A stretch of 64,000 bases of DNA, taken from positions 35,216,001 through 35,280,000 of the forward strand of contig CM114271.1 of NCBI GenBank assembly GCA_050084515.1, read 5' to 3'. This DNA is from Blasia pusilla (Eukaryota). Position 1 is the stretch's first letter. The number at the start of each line of letters is the position of its first letter. Positions 13,600 to 25,622 of the stretch are shown here, in pieces. The position numbers and the translations under genes were made by a program. The notes below the pieces were generated by a model that was given only the letters and a program-made list of their open reading frames with translations, did not search any database and was not told where the DNA came from.

Positions 13600-15805
13600 C
13601 ACACCATAAACTAATGCGGGCCTACAATCTTTTACACGGATCTCTCGGGCCACAAAATGGAAGAACCTCTTGCATCCTTGAGAAGTATTTGTGGAGGATC
13701 ATCATCGTGGTTGGGAAATGGTAGTTCAGCTTTTGGCTCTTGTACACTAATCAGATCCACCTTGATACACCCTAGGGGAATCAATCTACCATGGTATTGA
13801 TCTCTTCTGCAATGCCAAATATTTGCCCTATTCCCACATGTTGCCATCCTTTGCGATTCTTTGAAAGAAAGACATGATCCCCTACTATCAACTGTATATA
13901 CAATCACATTAACAAAAATCATATTTCAGATATGAACTTATAAATTCTAAAAATACACATAAGCACATGTTCCAATCTTAGTTACCTTCTTAACGCTCCA
14001 ACCATTTTGAGGAATATTGCAAGAATATGTGGGAATCGTAAAATCACCTTCCAAGAATTTCTACAAATCCGATCCACTTTAAATCAATATATATGAAGAA
14101 CTTTGCTCATACAATGAAAGCACAAAAGGAAACAAAACATCATCAATTACTTACAATGTTCTTCTCTTTCCTCTCGTTGAGTGAAGGGTGCTTCTTTTTT
14201 ATCTTTATCTTGGAAGAGCTCCCTTTCCCAACATATGTTGGGTCTTCTTTATACCCATGCCAATAGGTCCCACTAGAACTCCAGAAGATAAGCCCTGAGA
14301 TTCTTTAGGCTTCTTGCTCTCTAAGATTTCTTCTTCCATGTTCTCAATCACTCCCATACCATGATTAGTTTTTGAATTATGAGAAGGTTGTACACCTAAC
14401 ATAGAATTTCCATCTTCATCCACGGTTAAATCTAACACTAGATTATCATTAAGTTTTGATACCATGGGTAAACTCTGATCCTTAAGAACAGATGGGAGAG
14501 AAGGTGTCGGAGTAGGAACTACCACACTTGGATCAAAATTTGTGGTTTCTTGAGGTACCACTTGAGTCATCTTGGATAACATAGCCATGATTTGGCCTAT
14601 GTTTTTCTTGATATCAATAATGTCTGACTTTGTGGATGCACCATCTTTCTCCATATTATCTATTCTGTGGCTTAAGGATATTGTTGCACTCTGTATCAAA
14701 GGGCATGTTCATCAACAAAAACAAGTTAGCTATTTGCAATAGCCTAGAACCAAGATACAATGATGAAAATATCATATTAGTGCAACTATAAGGAGAGTAG
14801 GACTACTATACTTTCCAGCAAACAAAAAATCAGATTGGTGCAACTGAAAGATACAAGATCAAGCAACACAAAAAAGATCCAAAGACAAGAAGAGAAATAT
14901 GAAAGATACCATGGATTTGCAATCTATTGTAGAGGGCTACTCTTATTAAGAAGGATGTCAATAATACCTTATTGCTGATACTTTGTTGGCTTGGATCCAC
15001 TTTAGGAGTGTTGAGGGACTCTTGCATCTCTTGTATTGTAGGAGAAGTTCCACGCTCCTTCTTCTACTTGACAATATCCAAAATTGAAAAACCAGAATCA
15101 AGATTTAGTCATATTCCAAGATGTAAGAACTCCCTATAAAACCTAAATTCTACCAATAAAGAAACTAGGAGGGCTCAATGGATAATAAACTTACAAAATT
15201 TTCTTTTGGCTCGAATATCCTCGTCTCCCATTAGAGTTGGGGTTTTCCACCTTAGATCTATTGGTCTTCATTCGTTCAGATTTCTGTTGTCCCGCGGGTG
15301 ACACCCAATACGACTTCAATGACTGCCATGTTTTTGGATTTACATCTGGAGGACAAGCGCATTCTTCGGATGCCCCTTTTTCTCTCCAATACTTTTTCAA
15401 GCCGGCCCGCTCTCGTTTCATCAGATCTTGGAGAGAAGTACGCCAAAACTTCTCACTCAACTCACCACCCACATACTCGTAATGATTGTCAATCTCTCTA
15501 CGGATGGTTCTCAAGTCTTGCTCGGCTTGTTTACTAACATCAACTATACTAAGGTCCAATTGGTGATGTACACTCGCCTTGACATCATCATGCCATTGGC
15601 TCTTTCCTTCACAACCATAAACAATCTCACCATTTTCTGTCACCTCTATTGTAGGTTTTAGCCCTGCGTGTTCACGAATCGAGTTGGTTGCTTTCCACTT
15701 CTCATAAACTTCTTTGCGGCACATACTCTTAAGAGATGAATCCATCAAAAAATATGTAGTCAAAGTAAGAAAAAAAAACCAAGTTTCACCATGGAAAAAA
15801 ACCAT
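13600..15805 (-). mobile_element. CACTA/En-Spm second-gene (TnpA/Ptta-like) exons, degenerate
   Basis: ORF 15191-15805 contains CPPDVNPKTWQSLKSYWVSPAGQQKSERMKTNRSKVENPNSNGRRGY, typical of plant Ptta/En/Spm proteins. It lies on the same strand as, and downstream of, the CACTA transposase at 28132-31889. Boundaries approximate. Confidence 0.65.
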
Positions 15806-16468
15806 AATTGATAAAACCTGGATGTAATGTCATTTTTCTAATTACCCTACATAGAATTTTAACTTACCAAGTGGATTTTTCTGGTCTTTCCACTCATACG
15901 AAACTTCTATTGGAGTTGTTGATGGTGGTACATAAAAACCATGTGTAGGATGGTGTGGATAAAAGGTCACAGGTGGGACCAACCTCGAGGCATTGAACCT
16001 GCAAAAAAACAAGAGAGCTAATTGCTGAAGAACATATAGCAATGAACTACCATTACGACGATGAAAAAAGAGGAAAAAAATCCTTTGTGAACTAGCATAA
16101 GAACTTAGACCTAAGGATTGAACTTGAAAAGCTAAGCTCCAACCAGGTAATGAAGATGGCCATTGGGATGGCATTTGAAATCCTTGATGATAGCCATGCA
16201 TTGGCCAAGGGTATGCAACATTAGAGCAGGATCCTTGGTTGTCCTTTGATTTCTTTGCCGGACTGTTGCCCTACATAAGACACATATTCAACATGTGTAC
16301 ATACCCAATCAATTTATCAACAAAACCTGATAGGACTATTCCACTCACAGTTTGTTTTGGAAAGCTTACTAACTGAATATTAGACTATGCATTATAATTG
16401 TCGTGCGCCTACTCTCCTTGAACGTTAATCTTGTTTGTTGCGGAAGCGTGCGTTCAGTAGGTCACGCT

Positions 16469-16836
16469 TGTCATGACCATACGGATTATGTCGTAGAGTA
16501 TGGTGTGCTGGTAGAGGCCATTCCTTATGTAGGACCGTAGTGGCTTGGTAGAGATGCGGTTCCATACATAGGGTTGGGGGTTACTCACTTGGGGGTGACT
16601 TTCCCCATAGGGCCCGCTCTTAGGTTGGAGGATATAAGGTGGCTTGCCCTCAAAGAACAGTCAGTTCTTTGAGTTGAGCCTATTGCGTTGGGAGTTAGCC
16701 TTGGTAGTGAGTAGAGCTCTTGGCTATGGTGTTTCCCGCAAGCTTCGACCTAGATTCTCCCATTGTGGAGTGGGTTTGGCTCGATTGTATGTGATTGTAA
16801 ACGTGTTTTATGATAGTAGGTCTTTCACGGATTTCA
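16469..16836 (+). repeat. A1 repeat of element 2
   Basis: Nearly identical to 25729-26066, which lacks ~32 bp near its start. Followed by internal sequence CTCAAAGAAC, not by B. Confidence 0.9.
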
Positions 16837-18559
16837 CTCAAAGAACTGGAGTAGATCGATGGTAGCTTCGATTGTAGATCAGTAGGATCTGGTTAGGGCT
16901 GATTTTGTACTCATCCGTGGATGTTCGCGGCTTGTTGCCTATGTTGGAGGTGTGAATCAGGTACGTGGTTGGTTGGGAAAGAAGCGCCTTGCTGAGAGCT
17001 TTCCAACGCGCTATAGATCGCCGGATTTCGTCAAGGGAGTTGGAATTTATCAAGCATTGAAGATTCTGGTTCGTGTTAAGCGGTTTTTACGATGTGGAGA
17101 GCTTGGAGTGCGGAAGCTCATGAAGTTCATCCAGATCGGGTGAGAGGTTCCTATTGCTACTTGTATTGTGATCTCATGTGAAGCTATCTGCTGGAGTGCG
17201 TGGAGCGTTGGATTTCTCGTGCATGAAACTTGGCGGAAGCGCTAGCCGGATTTGCGGTTCTAGAGGTGTATGGACAAAGCAAGTTTGTCTGATTTTTAGC
17301 ACGGAGTCACGGAGCTCGGTTGTAGCTGAGTTTTTGTGGGGAGATAGCTATGGTGGTCAATTGAATTCTGATCGAAACAGATTTGATTTCGGTCACGTAT
17401 TTGTGAAGTAATTTCTGATCAAAATTTCGCGGACTAGCTCAAGGTCTGGCTATGGTGGACAGCGGATCGGAGGGGCTGGTTGGTTGGTGACTCGTTCATT
17501 TTTGGAGACGCCTATCCCGTTGGGGGCGCCCTGGTTGGACCTCTCTCCATAGCGAAGCATGGCGAAGCATGGCGAACGGGGCATGTCTCGGCGTTTCGAG
17601 GCTTCGAGGCTTCGAGGCAACTCGTGGTAGCTCGGGGCGAGTGGGCGTGAGAGGCGGAGTAAGGAGCAAGGAGCAAGCAAGCAAGCTTGCTTGCTTGGGC
17701 GTGAGGCAATTTTTGCAGGATTTGGGATTTGAGTTTTGCATAACTGGTCACCCATCTTTGGGCTATTCTGCCTGGAGGACGCTTAATTGCCGAGTTCTTA
17801 ACTATGCCGGTGTCATGGTTGTTGTAGCTCATTTGGTCTTTGTTCGGAGATGTGTTAGGCGCTTTATGCATCTCAGGTTTTTGGTTGATGTACCTCTAGC
17901 GCATAGTACGGTGTAGCCTCTCCATGCGGTGATATTTTCAGGTCTTTGCGCGTTCGACTAGCACGCGTCATCGACCCGCGGCGGAGTAGCTATTGCGTTA
18001 GAATTGTGTGGTGGGTTTTGTGGATTCAGAGGGCACCACGCGTTTGGTGGATTTTGTTACCTTGATTTCCATTTGCGATTGGAGGGTTGTCGTTGGATTT
18101 CCTATGTTTGAATCCCCTCCATCGTGCTTTTTTGCTTGCGCCCATTGTTAGGGTTGACGCTGATTTCGAGTAGTGTTACTCTGTGTGCTACCGGTAGTGA
18201 GGTGGAGGGATGACGAGTAGATTGTGGGAGACTTCTTGTGGTGATGACAAGTTAGGTTGCCTACACCCATAACTAGTAGAGCTAGAATAGTATAGCGACA
18301 TCGACGTCACTTGGTAATTTGGTGGTGGTGCGGCATCGGCGTTGGTCATCACGGAGCTGTCGGGTGGTCTCGTTGGGGACCGTGGTGCGGACAGTGGTGG
18401 TTTCACACGGAGTGGATTTAGGTATCGGCTACCTTTTCCACTTCCGACGGTTGATGAAGAGGAGGACGAGGGTGTTCCAAACACCGAGTCTTCTACGTTA
18501 TTATCGAGTGTTGCAGCTCTATTGATTTGGGACATGGACGGTGGATATGGGGCCATGAA

Positions 18560-19700
18560 GGGGCCCACGACGATACTCGGGTGCAGTGGGTACCATTGAG
18601 TTTGAGGACTTCATGCAGGAGTTTGATACGTGGTGTGATATGCAGATGTTGCGGAACGCCACGTTGTTTACACCCTTCTTGGCTTGGAAGGGTTGTTTCA
18701 AAGACTTGGAAGGACCACCCATGGATGATTACCATGAGTTTAGGAAGGACCATGTTGCTGAGATTGAGGCATGGAGACAATATTGGTCTCCAGGCTATGT
18801 GTCTATCACCCATGGTGGTATTGGTAGTAGTGCTCCTACTATGCCCCAGCCCGACGCCTGAGTGGGCAGTACGAGGAGTGGGGGTACTAGTGGAGGTACT
18901 AGTGGGGGTACTAGTGCCCCACCATCGTTTAGCCTTGTTGCAGAGTTCTTCAAGAGGTTGAAGAAGAACTATCAGGAGTGAAGACGGAGAAGTTGAGGAA
19001 TCTTCAGGACTTTGAGCGAAAAGACTGGTGAGAGTCTTCGTGAGGCATACACGCGTATGTGACGCTTGATTTCAGATTACCAGTGTGTGACCGAGGATCA
19101 GCATTCGATTTTGGTATGGGATCTTGGACAGAGATTTGCGCCGTAGGGCGTGATGCTACTCTTATGAGTGATGATTCACCCACATTGACCCATGTGTTTG
19201 CTCTATCCGAGAAGATTGAGCTTAACATGGTGAAGGAGAGAGTGGTGACATCCGCATTCAGTGAGGGATACAACTACTACTTCGTGTTCAACCGCCCACC
19301 TCACGAGTCTCGTAGTAGTGGTGGTGGTAGTAGTAGAAGTGGGAGTCGTGGGGTACACGCGACCTCGTCAAGTCCTAGAGGGACATTTGTGCAGAGACCA
19401 TTGCCTTCTTCATTTTGCCCGGCAGGGCGATCATGTTGGACATGTGGAGGTGATCATGTTAGGAAGTTTTGTCCCCAAGAGGATGGGAGACGGACTTTGG
19501 AGGATGGGCCTCGGTCGGCCCCAACTCGGTGTGATCATTGCGGGAGACTAGGTCATCCTCGAGAGCGTTGCTTTGATCTTCATCCGAGTTGAGATCACGC
19601 CGTGGCCGTGGTGGAGTAGCTCCGAGAGGCCGAGGTGGTAGAGGTGGTAGGGGTGGTAGAGGTGGACCAGTGGTTGGAGAGCCTATGGTGGCTACCCCTA
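18560..19700 (+). pseudogene. gag of element 2 (frameshifted), with two CCHC zinc knuckles
   Basis: CWTCGGDHVRKFC and CDHCGRLGHPRERC in ORF 19059-19592, followed by an RGG-rich tail. Start approximate. Confidence 0.8.
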
Positions 19701-20329
19701 CCACTACGACAGTCAACTATGGCTGCAGTGAGCGATTGGAGCAGAGTTGGCTACTATGGTGGTATCCAAAGATAGATCGGGTTCGGGAGCAGGGGCTTCC
19801 ACCTCTTATGGAGGGGATGATTTCTCTTATATGGCAAGTGCCGCCAAAGTTGAGGCATCACTGCGATTCTGAGAAGAGCCACTCGGCCAGAGCCACGTGG
19901 TGCTCTTGTGGAGTTGGACCCATAGAGGGGTGAGGGTGGGGCTAGGCTTCCCCAATCATTCTTGTTGTCCGAGGTGCTTAGGACTCCATCCATGGTTCCT
20001 CGTTAGCCTATTGAGCCGACAATGGGGATCGAGGCATCTACATCGCGTGTAGTAGACACGGATCAAAGATCAATGCGATGTGCGGATGGCAGCACGGTGT
20101 TGGGATCCCCATTGTTTTCGCCACGGAGTGATGGCTTTAGGAGTTGACTTAGCTCCTGTATTTGATTAGTAGCGACCACGTTGTGTGAACGTGGGGGTGT
20201 TCTTGCTACACGTGTTGAGGTGGATGAGGGTGTTGCGGTGGAGCGACCCTCTATGTCGAGTAGCATTGAGTACCGGTGCTACTTGGCAGGTGCAATGGCG
20301 AAGATGGATGCATTACCGGCCCGCCAGAC

Positions 20330-20800
20330 CATTGATCGTGAGAGGCTTACACCTGGTGTATGTATGTTGGACAACCGGAGTGGGATCTTCCGATTGGTGA
20401 GTCCCTACAGACAGGTGTATAGACCAGATAGAGTCTTGTTAGACTCGGTGCCCAACCTTGATGTTGGGAAAGCGGCATGTATTGGTTTGGGTATTCGGAG
20501 GTCGGACCTTGAGCCTTGCCCATTCCGATTCAAACATCACTTGGAGGAGCCAATGATAGGTCTCAATTCATGACATGGGAGAATTTTTCATGACAGTTGA
20601 GACCAGATCATGCGACCGATAGCTCCCGGTTGGGAATATCTGCGGTAGTCACATCACCGAGTCGTATGATGTACTAGTTGGAGGAGAAGATTGATTGTAC
20701 CCGATGGGTTTTCAGATGGATTCTTGGGTCGAGACAGCGTCTTATAGACCAGGTTGGCGATCGAGGGATGGACGTATGAGCCAAGTTCTGTGAGATTTAT
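20330..20800 (+). pseudogene. Aspartic protease of element 2
   Basis: RVLLDS(G/V)... and YDVLVGG motifs, colinear with element 1 ORF 12252-12584. Confidence 0.8.
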
Positions 20801-21160
20801 TTCGGGGCTCGACCAGGAGGATCTTCCCCAAGAGTGTTAGCATCTGTGGGTGGTTTTAGTGGAGTAGTCACTTGGCCAGAGACTTTTTGGAGGGTAATGT
20901 TTACGCTATGGATTCTCTGCGCATGAGGAGGAAGAGGAGGTCCCTATTTTTGCAGCATGGCATCCTCATCGTTGGATGTGCCACTTTGGAGTTCAGCGGT
21001 GCACTACGGCAGAGGCGTCGCCTAGTGTGAGGAGGCTTGGTGTGAGGTGTTATACCTCACGAGGAAGAGGAGGCCCACGGCGGACTCCTACTTACAGCAT
21101 TTTGATTAGGTTATCCCCTTTGGATACTACACCCATTGTATGGCAAAGTATCCGCCGGAG

Positions 21161-22110
21161 GGCATTTGTGTGTTAGATCTCTTTGGTGGGATTAGCACTT
21201 TGGTTTGGTCTGCATGTTGCGGCCGGTATTCTGTCTTGCGGAGATACGTATATGTGGAGCGAGATGAGACGGCCGAGAGAGTCTCATCCCGACATATGGT
21301 CGATTGATGCGAGATATCTGAGTTGTTGCCGCCATCGGCTATTCGTGGGTACCAGCGTGCTTTACCATCACACATTGCATTGTTGGGGCGCAGGACCTTG
21401 AGAGAATTGGTCCTGTGGATTTGGTGATTCTTTGGATGGCCATGTCGGGTCATACACGTCTTTGGTCGTGGTGAGGGATTACATGACCCTAGGTCTCGAT
21501 TGTTTTGGGAGATGTTACGGGTGTTACGACATCTTCACGTTCATCGCACACGTGCTCTAGCTTACATTCTGGAGAATGTTCCATTGTTGGGTGACACTCG
21601 GACCGGATGATGGCGAGTGTTCATGAGGTGCGGTCTTGGATTGAACCAGCGGTGTTGTTGGATGCTGGATGAAGTTGGCTCAGCGTGCACATCGTCCACA
21701 CTTGTGGTGGACAAACTTGTTGCCTAGGAGGTTCTCGTCGAGCATATGATGCGAAGGTGGGATCCTCGCCTTATAGTGGATAGTATCTTGAATCTTTGGC
21801 GACTTTCTCAAGTGGTGAGGGTTATTGATCGGTCACCCATGGCAGTGGTGAACCGTGTGGGCCAACCTAGGATGGCACTACCCACATTTGTGAGTTTTCC
21901 GCGTCACATGCCTACGAGGGAAGGTGGTCCGGGGCTTGTATGGGATTCTCATGCGGCAGTTGGTGGAGCCTAACGCTGATGAGAGAGCGTGCGATGGGAT
22001 TTACTCTTTGGCGTGGCATGACGGTTGCTTCTATTTACGAGGCTTCACGACGTCATGTGTTGGGTCAGGCCATGGACCTGAATTGTTTGATTTGGATTTT
22101 GAGTCTTGGT
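21161..22110 (+). pseudogene. DNMT3-like C5 cytosine DNA methyltransferase domain inside pol (frameshifted in this assembly)
   Basis: Motifs in canonical order: I GICVLDLFGGIST (21161); II RYVYVERDETA; IV GPVDLVI.GWPC (PC at ~21440) then GEGLHDPRSRLFWEMLRVL; VI YILENV (21563-21580); VIII VLLDA...AHRPHLWWTNL (~21652-21719); IX EPNADERE.AMGF (~21966); X RRHVLGQAMDLNCL (~22048). Confidence 0.88.
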
Positions 22111-22459
22111 ATGGCGAAATCGGCGTCGACTTTTGTGGGTCTTCCACCCCTTGTAATGAGCTCGATGGCTACCGGGACGGTAGAGGCATCGGCTAGGGGC
22201 GAGGAGAGTAGTATTTTGCATCCTTGGAGTAAATAGGATGTAATGGTGGGCATGTGGAGTTGGTTGCTCATCTTTGGTGGAGGAGTTATTTGCTCGATGA
22301 TGATGGTGTAGCTAAGGGTGTATCATCTTGTGAGGGGGTTGCGTGCGACCAATGGCATCGTCCTCTCCCTCTAGTATGCCAATGGAGGAGACTTGGGAGC
22401 CATTACTTGGGCCCAAGCTACGGGAGGTGAGAAACGACGCTGACACGGTTCCTACGTGC

Positions 22460-23830
22460 TTATAGGAGTTGTTTTGCCTTTAGCATGAAGGAGTTGGGTT
22501 CTCTGGTTGGACCCGGTATACGGATTGATTTGGCTAGTGATACGCCAATCTTCCGTCGTCCCTACCGATATAGTGATATGGAGAGGGACCTGATTGAGTA
22601 GGACGTTGGACCTTTTGGAGGCTGGATTAGTGGAGTTGTCGCATGGAGAGTATGCATCGCCTTTGTCATGCTGCTAAAAAAGGATATGCATGGCAACTAC
22701 ACGGATAGGCGGATGTGTGGAGATTACCGTCCTATCAATCGGCAAACCAAGGCCGATAGGTATGCCATGCCTACACTTGAGGAGATCTTTGATGTGGTGG
22801 GACAGGCAAAGATTTTCAAGTACTTTGATCTTGAGCGAGGATACCATCAATTGCCAATTCGAGAGTGACAAGGCCAAGACAAAGCATTTTGGGGTGTCAA
22901 CTCTCATGGCAAGGATTGTTTGTACCAAAGTGGAAATTCTTACCCTTTGGGTTGAAGAATGCACTGCTGAGTTTCAAAGAGTGATGGACAGGATCCTAGC
23001 AGGTTGGATTTTGTTTGGTGTTACATTGATGATATCTTGGTGTTCAAGAACACGGTGGAGGAGCATCGATACATTTGCAGATGGTGTTTGAGCGGTTGAA
23101 AGCTCATGGTCTACGTTTGCATCCAGGAAAGTGTAAGTTCTTCCATGAGGATGTTGAGTACTTGGGTCATGTGATCTATCCGGTGGTTTGGGAGTTCAAA
23201 GCAAGCAAAGGTGGAGGCTATTGCACTTATTCGCGTCCGATAGATGTGAGTAGAGTTCGAGCATTCATGGGATTGGCGAACCATGTCGGAGGTATGTGAA
23301 GGGATTTAGTGCTATGGCAAAGCCTTTGAACCAATTGCTGAAATCAGATCAAGAGTGGCATTGGGGAGATGATCGGGAGAGAGCTTTTGTGGAGCTTAAG
23401 GCCCGGTTGGTGGCGGCGCCTATCTTGAGGAGACTGTCGAGGGCGCCCATTTCGATTACACACTCGATTGGAGTAGGTTGGGACTTGAGCGGTGTTGACA
23501 CAACATGATGATGAGCACATGGAGTTTGTGGTGGCCTATGCAAGTCATTCGAATAATGCAATGGAGTCGCGCTATAGTTCATATGAGGGAGAGTGCTTGG
23601 CAAGAGTGTGGGTGGCACACTTTAGGTGTTACTTGTTTGGCACACAATTTACCCTTGTATCGATCACCGTCGCTCAAGTGGTTGATGGAGTCGGACAAGC
23701 TTACAGGGAAGCTTGCACGGTGGGCTCTTATCTTACAGAGTATGACTTCCAGGTGGTACATAGACCTGGAGTTGCCAACCTTGATCTTGATGGGTTGAGT
23801 AGGAACCCATGTACTAGCCAAGAGGATACA
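22460..23830 (+). pseudogene. Reverse transcriptase and RNase H of element 2
   Basis: RMCGDYRPINRQT, GYHQLPI, YIDDI, LHPGKCKF, EYLGHVI, VVAYAS, SYEGECLA, RWAL...YDFQVVHRPG. Confidence 0.92.
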
Positions 23831-24169
23831 ATCGGGGCTAGATGGCATGGCGAGGTTGATGAGGAGATGGTGCCAGGTTGGCATGCATCCGCCTTTTATG
23901 TTGGTTAGGGATGGACTCTAGTATGGAGGACCACATGATATCTTACTCTAGTTAGAGGGTAGATGGCCAGCCTTCAGATCCTAAGGTTGGAGATGGTGGT
24001 ACGGATCAGCGTGATATTCATGATGATGCGTTGGTGTTGGAGTTCCTACGGACCAGTAGGGTGCCAGGCATAGTGAGTGCAAGGAGCGAGACCGTGTTCT
24101 TTATCGTGCTAAGAGGTATCGATTGAGGGAACACATATTCTCCGCGTGTGGGAGGATGGTAGAGTACGA

Positions 24170-25445
24170 GTAGTGCCACATTTGGCTCGAGAGAGCGCAT
24201 TTTGCGACATGCCCATGAGGAGTTGGGACATTTTGGGGTAAAGCGACGTATAGCTTACTCCTTGGCGATATTGGTGGCGTGGCATGCATACTCAGTGCGG
24301 CAGATTGGTGTCATGTTGTATGGTTTGTGACCGGGTGAGGGCATCATTTAATGCCCCTACACCACAATTACACCCTTGCCTATTATGGGGTTGGGTTACC
24401 GTTGGAGTGTGGACTTTTGCGGGACCGTTACCGTTGGATGCACGACATCATCGATATGTGTTGGTGATGGTGGAGCACTTCTCCAAGTGGATTGAGTTGG
24501 TGGCATTACCGGACAAGGCAAGTGAGGGAACGGCGTATGCGTTTCTGGATAGAGTGCTTAGTCATTTTGGTGCACCAGCTGAAGTGCTGACCGACCAGGG
24601 TACAGAGTTTCAGGGTGAGTTTCAGGTCTTGTGTGACAAGGCGTTGATTGATCATCGGACCACGTCTCGAGATCATCCAGAGGCGGATGGTTTGGCTGAG
24701 CGTGTGGTTCAGACGGTGAAGAGGGCATTGCGCAAGTATGGCCCTCTGAAGGGCATCTTGAGACCAGGATATTCAGTTGCCATGGTTAGCCATGGGGTAT
24801 AGGTTCAGTCGCCAAGCATCCTTGGCTTCCTTCTCACCTTATTTTCTGTTATACGGCCGAGATCCAGACTTGCCAGCAGCAATTCGTCGGGAGTCTAGTG
24901 AGGTGGTGAACCTTGATGACCCAGAGATGTGGATGAGGGTGTGTTCTCAGCGGGCGGAGCTCTTTCGGAGAGTTATGCCAATAGCCTTTGAGAATCTTGC
25001 CATTGCTCAACACAGGATACGTTGCGGTATGCAACCATTTGGGGTGGAGGTTATCAACCATCGATTCATAGGTTCCATGTGGGGACTATATCTATTTGCA
25101 GCAGATTGCCCGACAACGTTGGATGTGACGGCAGCGCACTATTTTTTACGAGTGCGTGAGGTGTTAGCTTCTGGAGTTCTCATGTTGGAGGGTCGTGATG
25201 GAGTTGTTTGGAAGGACCATGTGCGTAATTGTGCGCCATGTCATCTTCCAAATGTGGATGGTACTGTTGACCCAAGCTTAGCCATGATACGTGCTAGCTT
25301 GAGGTGCATGTTGTGTGGGTCTCTTGCTGTAACGCAGCCCGTATGTTGGTGTGTGATCGGTGTTCTAGGGGTTGGCACATGATGTGTTTGACTCCACGTT
25401 TGGATGTTGTTCCTCTTTGGAAGGTGGGTTTGTCCTCGATGTACT
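24170..25445 (+). pseudogene. DDE integrase with C-terminal PHD finger (element 2)
   Basis: HHCC (HAHEELGHFG...CMVC); D-D-E core (DFAGP, LTDQGTEF, DGLAERVV); terminal CMLC...CDRC...WHMMC...CPRC at ~25303-25442. Confidence 0.9.
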
Positions 25446-25622
25446 TAGGAGAGGTAGATGACTTGATCTTTGCATGATATGGATTACTGGATGTGCGACT
25501 AACGATGGGGCAACCTAGCACCCGGCCTTCGATTTGGGCACCCAAGAAGGTGTATAGCATGTAGTAGATGTATAGGGGCTACCCGGGAGTTAGAGGACCT
25601 AACCGCCTTGATTAGGGGGCGA

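Noticed and set aside
16399-16468. TGTCGTGCG at 16399 as the 5' end of element 2 (a perfect inverted match to its 3' end)
   Set aside because: No TSD with 26173 onward. TGTCATG at 16469 matches the start of A2 and gives the CGCT TSD, so 16399 belongs to the older host element.
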